From NCBI RefSeq assembly GCF_030684185.1, contig NZ_JAUXOY010000014.1:1-32000 (forward strand): a stretch of 32,000 nucleotides of DNA. The letters run 5' to 3'. This document shows, piece after piece, positions 25,364 to 32,000 of the stretch (position 1 is its first letter; every line of letters starts with the position of its first letter). This DNA comes from Methylotenera sp. (GTDB taxonomy: Bacteria > Pseudomonadota > Gammaproteobacteria > Burkholderiales > Methylophilaceae). Position numbers and translations under genes: made by a program. A model generated the notes under the pieces. The model saw only the letters and a program-made list of their open reading frames with translations, ran no database searches and was not told the DNA's origin.

Positions 25364-25386
25364 TTATATAGTTTGATTTATTCAGA

Positions 25387-25458
25387 CTATTTGTTCATTA
25401 CGTACATTGTTACTTCAAAACCGAAACGCATTTCAGTAGCTGCTGGTGTTGTCCACAT
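25387..25458 (-). CDS. pqqA: PqqA, PQQ precursor peptide (23 aa), below the ORF-track cutoff
   Basis: The minus strand reads AGGAGAattattATG, then MWTTPAATEMRFGFEVTMYVMNK, then TAG. It carries the conserved E-x-x-x-Y (EVTMY) core and the W-x-x-P N-terminus of PqqA peptides. Confidence 0.85.
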   Translation of the reverse strand: MWTTPAATEMRFGFEVTMYVMNK

Positions 25459-25630
25459 AATAATTCTCCTTTTTAGTTTAGTTCGCATCACATTTGCTTA
25501 AAGCATTTGATTAACGTGTATGAACTATAAGCCTAACTGAGATTAACAACATGACATGAGTCATTAAACAAGGCTAATGAATATCATGAGATTGATTATT
25601 TTATTTTGATTGGATATTGTTTTTGAACGG

Positions 25631-26974
25631 CTACGGTTTCATCCAGGCAACAAATGTTTTTAAATACTCTGGTTGGCGGATACATAGGTAAATTATTACC
25701 AGTGCATTGAGTATTGCGGTTGTTAAAAAAAGCTCTGGAATATTGTAGCCCTGTTTGAACATCCAGATTGAAAATGCCGCTGAAATTACCATAAATAGCG
25801 CATTAAAGATGTTGTTAGCGGCAATGATGCGCGATTGGTGGCTTTTTTCTGAGCGGGTTTGAATCAGTGCGTATAGCGGTACGATATATAAACCACCAAA
25901 AAATCCTATCAGCGCGATGTCTGCCAGTAAGCGCCAGTAGGTGAAAATAATATTGCCGTGCATGTCATGATGTATGCTCACAAAGGCCATGTAATCCAGC
26001 AAGTATTTGTTATTGAGGCTTTCATGGACGCTGGTACCTGACCAATATAAGTCTATTCCAAATAGTGTTAAGCCTATCGCACCAAACACCACAAGGCCAA
26101 TCTCAACTTTACCTTTAGAGAGTTTTTCACACATGAGCGAGCCGATACCAATTCCCAGCGAGAAGATAGAGAGCAATAAAATAAACAAGCTTTCATCCCC
26201 ATAGAGTACATTTTTAGCAAAATTTGGAAACTGCGCGAGCAAGGTTGCGCCATAGAACCAAAACCAGGAGATGGCGACGATGGCGAGCCAAATAGTTTGA
26301 TGTTGCCAAATAAATTTAACGTTACGATACGTTTCCGTAATTGGGTTCCAGTTGATTTTTAGATTTGGCGCGGCTGCGGGTGAATTTGGCACGCCACGGC
26401 TAGTCCAGTAACCTAGTGCCGCAATGGCAATAATGGCGATACTGGTGATGATTTCATGGCTGTTTTGTATGGCAAGCCAGGCACCCAGCACTTGCCCAAG
26501 CAAAATAGCCACGAAACTACCCATTTCTACCATGCCGTTACCACCAATTAACTCGGTTTCTTTTAGGTGTTGCGGCAAATATGAGTATTTAACCGGGCCA
26601 AAAATTGTCGAGTGCATGCCCATCATGAATAACGCTGCTGCCAGCAGCCCTATGTTATGCAGAAAAAAACCTGCGCTGGCAAACAACATAATGCCGATTT
26701 CAAAAACTTTTACATAACGAATAATTTGCGATTTTTCAAACTTATCTGCCAATTGCCCTGTGGTGGCCGAGAATAGAAAAAACGGCAAAATAAACAAGCC
26801 TGGCAGTACCGTCGCAAGTGTGCCGCCATCTATTGTTGTCAGGCTAACCGCATGAAAAGCAACCAGTGTAATGAGCGAAGTTTTGAATACATTGTCGTTA
26901 AATGCCCCTAAAAACTGCGTGAAAAAAAATGGGCGAAACCGCTGCTCAGTCATGAGTTGAAATTGGGTGCTCAT
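25631..26974 (-). CDS. lplT: MFS transporter, lysophospholipid transporter LplT-like
   Basis: 12-14 TM MFS protein. TQFLGAFNDNVFK and YIVPLYALIQTRSEKSHQSRIIAANN resemble the E. coli LplT motifs (QFLSAFGDN…, VVPLNALLQERG…) as recalled from memory. 447 aa. Confidence 0.7.
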   Translation of the reverse strand: MSTQFQLMTEQRFRPFFFTQFLGAFNDNVFKTSLITLVAFHAVSLTTIDGGTLATVLPGLFILPFFLFSATTGQLADKFEKSQIIRYVKVFEIGIMLFASAGFFLHNIGLLAAALFMMGMHSTIFGPVKYSYLPQHLKETELIGGNGMVEMGSFVAILLGQVLGAWLAIQNSHEIITSIAIIAIAALGYWTSRGVPNSPAAAPNLKINWNPITETYRNVKFIWQHQTIWLAIVAISWFWFYGATLLAQFPNFAKNVLYGDESLFILLLSIFSLGIGIGSLMCEKLSKGKVEIGLVVFGAIGLTLFGIDLYWSGTSVHESLNNKYLLDYMAFVSIHHDMHGNIIFTYWRLLADIALIGFFGGLYIVPLYALIQTRSEKSHQSRIIAANNIFNALFMVISAAFSIWMFKQGYNIPELFLTTAILNALVIIYLCIRQPEYLKTFVAWMKP

Positions 26975-27014
26975 TCTTTCCTTCTTGGTAGCACGCTAAA
27001 TGATAATTTATCTA

Positions 27015-28394
27015 TTATTTTCTATCAGCTTTAAGAAGTGAATAGGCCATTCCTGCTAAAAGCAATACTCCTAGAAACAAGCCGGCCCACAACAGCCACC
27101 GTTTATAATCTATGGGCGCTACCCATGCGTTCGCGGTTTGCCCGGTGGGTAGGTTGTTAGCACTTACTACAGCTGTAAGGCTTGCTTTTGTTAACTGTAA
27201 AACATTTTCAATTTTGTAATCAGGAATCAGTTGGGCAATATCAACCGTGTTGATGAATTTTTGATCTTCCCCAACCTGTAAGCTAAATGGTGCTGCGCCG
27301 CGTGCGTTCCACACTGCCGTTTGAGGTAGCCAGCCTAATGATAAATTAGGGTTTTCTGCGCCTATGCCGCCGCCAGACTGGTTAAATTGTAGGCGCCAAT
27401 AACGTGCAGCCGTGGCATTAAGTAAAACATCAGGGTTGGTGTAACTTTTACCGGATTTATCCATGCGGTAAAGCGAGGCTGTGGTGTAATACTGCCATGG
27501 CGCGTCATTTCTGTCTCGCACTAAGATGCTGGCGCTGGTGATGGTATTGGTTTGTGGTAAATGCACGCGTAAATAACTGGCTGGGTAACGCCCCAGCGAT
27601 TCAAAATCGAGATTAATCACACCTTTTTTAGTGTCTAGTTCGCGCTGTAAAAATTGTACATCGTGCCAGAGAGTATCTGGAGTGAGTGAGCGCACGCTGT
27701 TGTATTCAGCGTTTATTTTAGTCAGTACTAGCTTGCCATTTCCTTCAGAAGGACTTAATTTCAAATAGCGTGCTTCTGTTGCGTAGTCTAGAGTAATCAA
27801 GTTTTGCAGCAAGACTTTTCCATCATTCGATGTTTTTAGCAATACTGCATGCCCCACATCTGACCAGTTTTCCAAGTCATTACTGGCTTGAACATCTAAC
27901 GGTAATAATGCATTTTCTCCGTCTATCCATTCAACACTTAATGTCTGAAGTGGCGGGTGTTTTTTTCCTGCATCCACCAGATAAATATTTTTTGAGTCCG
28001 TAATTTGCGTATTTGAATTGACGCTTATTTGCGTGGAATTACTGCTGTTTTCCAGGACTTTTACTGTAAAGTTTCTTTCATTAGGGCTTGTTAGTGCGCT
28101 GTCATTAATTGGTAAAACTACGAGCGGTTTAACGTCTAGTGTGGTGATGGTTTGCGGGTGCAAAGTCTCGTATGGTAGCAATGCATATGGAACCTGCTCG
28201 CCCGCGGCATTGGTGATGGTGAGGTCTTGCAGGCCGGCGCTTCGGCTATATTGATACACTTCTTTAGGCAAGCGACTTTGATATAACGGTTCGCTACCCG
28301 ATGCTTCCAGTTTGAAGCTTGCCGCCATCACCGGCGTGGGAGCAAGCGTAAGTGCGGTTAATAAACCCGCTAACAGGATGTGAGTAGTTTTCAT
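27015..28394 (-). CDS. DUF3999-like exported protein with a C-terminal TM anchor
   Basis: Signal peptide MKTTHILLAGLLTALTLAPTPVMA. About 400-aa beta-rich body. C-terminal TM WLLWAGLFLGVLLLAGMAY. Family assignment is recalled from its usual pairing with DUF2339, not verified. Confidence 0.6.
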   Translation of the reverse strand: MKTTHILLAGLLTALTLAPTPVMAASFKLEASGSEPLYQSRLPKEVYQYSRSAGLQDLTITNAAGEQVPYALLPYETLHPQTITTLDVKPLVVLPINDSALTSPNERNFTVKVLENSSNSTQISVNSNTQITDSKNIYLVDAGKKHPPLQTLSVEWIDGENALLPLDVQASNDLENWSDVGHAVLLKTSNDGKVLLQNLITLDYATEARYLKLSPSEGNGKLVLTKINAEYNSVRSLTPDTLWHDVQFLQRELDTKKGVINLDFESLGRYPASYLRVHLPQTNTITSASILVRDRNDAPWQYYTTASLYRMDKSGKSYTNPDVLLNATAARYWRLQFNQSGGGIGAENPNLSLGWLPQTAVWNARGAAPFSLQVGEDQKFINTVDIAQLIPDYKIENVLQLTKASLTAVVSANNLPTGQTANAWVAPIDYKRWLLWAGLFLGVLLLAGMAYSLLKADRK

Positions 28395-28396
28395 TG

Positions 28397-31228
28397 TTAT
28401 TCCTTAACTAAGTTAGCTGCTTGCGTAGATTTATTTGCTGGTGGAATGGGTGCAAAGTAACCCATGACCAACAACATTAGCCCTGCGCCTATAAATGAGG
28501 CGATGCGTTCTACCGAGCCCGTTTGCGCTAAATCGAGCAGGAATAATTTAGCAACGACAACGCCCATTAACCCCGCACCGACAATCCAAAGTTGACGTTG
28601 TGCACGTTTGTGCGCAAGTAGCATGAGTGCGAAAGCGGTGATGCCCCACAAGAAAGTGAACGACATTTGCACTGTGGAGTTGGTGAATATGGAGGCCCAC
28701 TGAAATGGCGTACCTGCCCAGTGGTGCAGTGTGCGTAACAACATGCCGTTTAGCAAGGCAAAAGCCATTACGCCCGCTAATATGGGGTTGATGTGTTGCA
28801 GTTTGCCTAAATGCTTGCTGACTGCACGCTGCCAGATGAGCAGTAATAGCAACGCCCCTGCCAGCGCAATATCAAGCGGGTTGAGTAGCGTGATATAAGG
28901 CAGCGGTGCTGCATTGCCGCTAGAATTAAGCGACATAAACAAATACCATAAGATAACACCCGCCATGAGCGGCAAGCTGCCCACCCAAGCCCAGGTGCGG
29001 GCGCTGTCGAGCTTTGTGCCACTCAATTGATTTTTTGAAAACTGCCAGTAAGTCACTGCACCTATAATTAGCATAGGGGCTATACCCCAGCCGATGTCAC
29101 CCCACACATGCGACTCTCGCACATATTGCCCAAATTGATGTTGCCATTCTATGATGCCAATGGCTGCCATTAGCCATAACAGCGGGGCGCGCAGCCATGC
29201 TTTGTTAGGTACAAAATTGCGTGAGATTAGCCATGCGTAACTAGCAAGTGCTAACGGCCACGCAATAAAACCATAGTGTTCAAATATCGAGTAATTGCTA
29301 ATGAATAAAGAGGTAATGACTTCCCAAAACACAGCAATCACCATGGCAGGTAATAATAATGTCGTAAGTGACGCCAGCTTTTGCCATTTGAATTTATGCG
29401 CAACAAACGGCAATAGCAAGCTGGTGAAGGCTACAAAAATAAGCCCTGCATGTGCAAAAGTTTTACTTGGCATCATTTCGTCAATTGCTGTTAAGCCGGA
29501 AGCGACCCACCATAGCCATCCCCAAAACGCTAACGGCATGCTAAAGCTGTCCAATTTATTGGGGCGATACGCATTGAGTAACGCGCCACAAGCCCAGCCC
29601 GCTAGTGCAATAAAGCCAACGCCTAAGAACATATTTTGGCTGGTAATACCTGTATGCCCTGTTAAACCCCAGCCGAACACAAACGCCCCTGCACCAAGTA
29701 ATTGCAATGCCAAACCAGAGAGTGCAGGGAAGGTGCGTTTTTGTTTTAAGCCTACCCATAGTAAGCCCACACCTTCAATTGCCCACGCGGCTGATGTCCA
29801 GCGTCCGTCCAGGGCCAGCGGCAATGTGAGCGTGATAAAGCCTATGCCTAAGGCGACAAAGCATTCACCAAGAAATTTAAGGGTTTCGCGTTTACGGGTA
29901 AGTACCCACCATGCTAATCCTATGTAAAAAATTCCCAGCGCGAGCGCACTGTAGGCTAGGCCGAAATGCGAATCGCGTAATAGCGCATATTGCAGGCTAA
30001 AGGCGACTAGTGGCGTACCGAATACCAGCGTAGCATCTACATAATCACTTGCCTTGGTGGCTTGGCGATGCGCAAATAAGACAGCAATACCAGTGAACAG
30101 TAAAAAGAAAATAATCAGGAATGGTTCGGTAGTCGCAAAATGTTCAGGAGTGTAGTTTTTAGCACCCCACAAAGTCCCAATAATAAAGGTGAACGCCCAG
30201 CCTAGTATATTAAGCGGACGCCAGCTTTTGTGAAACGCCACAAAAGCAATCGCCAAATTAAGTACCAAGTAATAGCTAAATAAACCAACGTGGCTACCTT
30301 GGCCAGTTGAAGTGAGAACAGGTGCTAAAAAGCCACCGGTAAATCCTAATATCGCCAGCGGCATTGCTGATTGTTTGACTGCAATAAACGCTGATAAGAA
30401 GGCTACAATCGCAAGCAAGGCAAAAGCCGGGCCTGCGGGTATAAGCTGATAAAGTTTAAGTGCGGCAAAAATAGTCAGATATAAAATACCAATACCGCCA
30501 CCCTGCAACGCCCATGAATATTGCGGGCGTTTATCACGTAAGCGCCAGCCTACCACCAGCAAAGCTATGCCGCCTAACACGATACCCATTAGGCGCAATT
30601 CAATGGGCACTTGCGTACGCTCTGCCGCGTATTTAAGTAAAAAGCTAACGCCAATAAACAAAATTACAATGCCGGAACGCACTAAAGTATTACCGCCAAA
30701 TAGCCAGTCTTTTGCATAAGTAATACCGCGTTCAATAAAATTTGGCTCAGCAGGCTTGATTGGCGGTCTAGTATAGACAGGCTTTATAGCCACTGGTGTC
30801 GGTGGTTTTGTACTCGTTTGACCGGTATTGGTGTTTGTCTGCATTGGTTCTGCGGAGGGCATTGATTCAGCGTCAGCCGCCGCTAAGGCTTGGGCAGTTA
30901 AATCATCTTCTGACACAAGCGATGCTTGCGAGACAGTCATTTCATCAGCCTCAATAGCAGGCTCGACGACAATCGCAGGAGCAGACACTTTTAGCGCTGC
31001 TATTTGTGGCGTTGGTGCTTGCTGAGCTTGTTTATCCAGTGATTTTTTAAGGACATCAAGGCGCGTGCTTAATCGCGTGATTTCTGAGCTTAGCTTGTTG
31101 GTTTCACGCTCAATATCCCGAATTTTCGTATCTTTGCTGTTGGAGGTGAATAGGGAGAAAAAGCTGACAATACCGCCAATAGTGACGACAACCCCCAATA
31201 AGCCCAGCATTAAAAATAATGATGCCAC
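28397..31228 (-). CDS. DUF2339-like giant polytopic membrane protein
   Basis: 943 aa. N-terminal TM, coiled coil (RDIERETNKLSSEITRLSTRLDVLKKSL), Pro-rich linker, then more than 20 predicted TM helices. Stops 2 nt before the next gene. Family name is recalled from memory. Confidence 0.65.
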   Translation of the reverse strand: MASLFLMLGLLGVVVTIGGIVSFFSLFTSNSKDTKIRDIERETNKLSSEITRLSTRLDVLKKSLDKQAQQAPTPQIAALKVSAPAIVVEPAIEADEMTVSQASLVSEDDLTAQALAAADAESMPSAEPMQTNTNTGQTSTKPPTPVAIKPVYTRPPIKPAEPNFIERGITYAKDWLFGGNTLVRSGIVILFIGVSFLLKYAAERTQVPIELRLMGIVLGGIALLVVGWRLRDKRPQYSWALQGGGIGILYLTIFAALKLYQLIPAGPAFALLAIVAFLSAFIAVKQSAMPLAILGFTGGFLAPVLTSTGQGSHVGLFSYYLVLNLAIAFVAFHKSWRPLNILGWAFTFIIGTLWGAKNYTPEHFATTEPFLIIFFLLFTGIAVLFAHRQATKASDYVDATLVFGTPLVAFSLQYALLRDSHFGLAYSALALGIFYIGLAWWVLTRKRETLKFLGECFVALGIGFITLTLPLALDGRWTSAAWAIEGVGLLWVGLKQKRTFPALSGLALQLLGAGAFVFGWGLTGHTGITSQNMFLGVGFIALAGWACGALLNAYRPNKLDSFSMPLAFWGWLWWVASGLTAIDEMMPSKTFAHAGLIFVAFTSLLLPFVAHKFKWQKLASLTTLLLPAMVIAVFWEVITSLFISNYSIFEHYGFIAWPLALASYAWLISRNFVPNKAWLRAPLLWLMAAIGIIEWQHQFGQYVRESHVWGDIGWGIAPMLIIGAVTYWQFSKNQLSGTKLDSARTWAWVGSLPLMAGVILWYLFMSLNSSGNAAPLPYITLLNPLDIALAGALLLLLIWQRAVSKHLGKLQHINPILAGVMAFALLNGMLLRTLHHWAGTPFQWASIFTNSTVQMSFTFLWGITAFALMLLAHKRAQRQLWIVGAGLMGVVVAKLFLLDLAQTGSVERIASFIGAGLMLLVMGYFAPIPPANKSTQAANLVKE

Positions 31229-31251
31229 GATTTACTCCTTTAAATTTTTAT

Positions 31252-32000
31252 TTAAGTAGCTTCTGCCATTTTTTTAAGCGTTACATAGTCGGTCTTGCCT
31301 GTGCCCAGTAATGGCAGTTCTTCAAGCACGATGATTTTTCGCGCAACCGCAAGTTCAGGCAGATTCAGGTTTTTGGCAACGATTTGCAGGTCTTCACGTT
31401 TCAGTTTACTGTCTGTGCTGAACAGTATGATGTTTTCGCCGCGCTGCACATCGGTTTGCGTGCTGGCAGCATGCATGCAAGTTGGCGCTGCGGTGTTGGC
31501 GATTTGCTCAACCACTTCTAAAGAAACCATTTCTCCTGCAATTTTGGCAAAACGTTTTACACGGCCTTTAATATGGATAAAACCTTGTGCATCTACCTCG
31601 ACAATGTCGCCCGTGTTATACCAGCCATCCTCAGGCCGGTTAAGTACACCGGGCTTGTCAAATAGGTAATAACCCATCATGACATTTTCGCCGCGTACGT
31701 GCAGTAATCCGCCAGTATCTATGCCGGGTATGGATTCGAGTTTGTGCTCCAGTCCTGGTACGAATTGACCTACGCTGCCGTTAAAGTTGGCCATGGGTGT
31801 GTTGGCAGAAAGTACCGGTGCGCATTCAGTGGCGCCGTACCCTTCTAAAATTCGAATGCCAAATTTTTCAGTATAGGTTTTGCGCACTTCGTCGTTGAGC
31901 TTTTCTGCCCCTGCAACAACAATGCGGAGTTTATAAAAGTCGTATGGATGTGCAAATTTGGCGTAATTTCCCAAGAATGTGCTGGTGGCAAAAAATACCG
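31252..32000 (-). CDS. aas: Acyl-ACP synthetase / Aas-like AMP-binding enzyme, C-terminal part (5' end outside the window)
   Basis: Adenylate-forming motifs EGYGATECAP, YNTGDIV, IKGRVKRFAKIAGEMVSLEVVE, LLGTGKTDY. The reading frame stays open to the window edge. Confidence 0.75.
   Translation of the reverse strand, partial: VFFATSTFLGNYAKFAHPYDFYKLRIVVAGAEKLNDEVRKTYTEKFGIRILEGYGATECAPVLSANTPMANFNGSVGQFVPGLEHKLESIPGIDTGGLLHVRGENVMMGYYLFDKPGVLNRPEDGWYNTGDIVEVDAQGFIHIKGRVKRFAKIAGEMVSLEVVEQIANTAAPTCMHAASTQTDVQRGENIILFSTDSKLKREDLQIVAKNLNLPELAVARKIIVLEELPLLGTGKTDYVTLKKMAEAT

Noticed and set aside
25551-25564. ATGAC-N4-GTCAT palindrome about 95 nt upstream of pqqA, as a second FNR-like site.
   Set aside because: The outer T/A positions important for FNR-type recognition are swapped, it has only 5-bp arms, and I could not tie it to a -10 element.
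28018-31669. Plus-strand ORFs within the DUF3999, DUF2339 and aas genes (28018-28254, 29295-29927, 30828-31259, 31295-31669), and similar ORFs in lplT (26007-26717).
   Set aside because: These are shadow ORFs antisense to long membrane-protein or enzyme genes and have no independent signals.

Overview
This window looks like a chromosomal segment from a methylotrophic betaproteobacterium. That placement is an inference from a lanthanide-type xoxF, a Methylophilaceae-style pqqA and moderate GC judged by eye. All homology calls were made by eye from remembered motifs; no searches were run.

Layout, left to right:
- 1-400: a tRNA-Pro/Arg/His cluster with its terminator.
- 0.8-7.5 kb: a secreted double-PepSY protein, a MocR-type regulator divergent from an orphan xoxF, and a NarX/NarL-type two-component pair in which the kinase appears to lack its C-terminus.
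- 7.5-20.1 kb: a compact, non-canonical type IV filament (T2SS/MSHA-like) gene cluster. It encodes two very large prepilins with long basic leaders, a PilM-PilN/GspL-like fusion, a PilO/GspM-like protein, a GspE/PilB ATPase, a GspF/PilC platform protein, a PilP/GspC-like protein, a secretin, a lipoprotein and a 62-aa mini-prepilin.
- 20.2-25.5 kb: housekeeping and accessory genes. These are an FNR-box-preceded metallo-beta-lactamase (MBL)-fold di-metal protein, a dienelactone hydrolase, thiS-thiG, apaG, mltA and an unannotated 23-aa pqqA.
- 25.6-32.0 kb, minus strand: an apparent operon aas(partial)-DUF2339-DUF3999-lplT.

The filament cluster is the main candidate for a poorly described system. 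It lacks a prepilin peptidase, a retraction ATPase and a minor-pilin set. Its PilM/N-like protein carries two good copies of the 24-residue MshEN-type (c-di-GMP receptor) motif, while the ATPase N-terminus looks degenerate for that motif. Two of its intergenic gaps are occupied by a nested-palindrome repeat family (3 tandem 135-bp units, plus a solo copy), and a different palindromic MITE-like element lies just upstream of the cluster.
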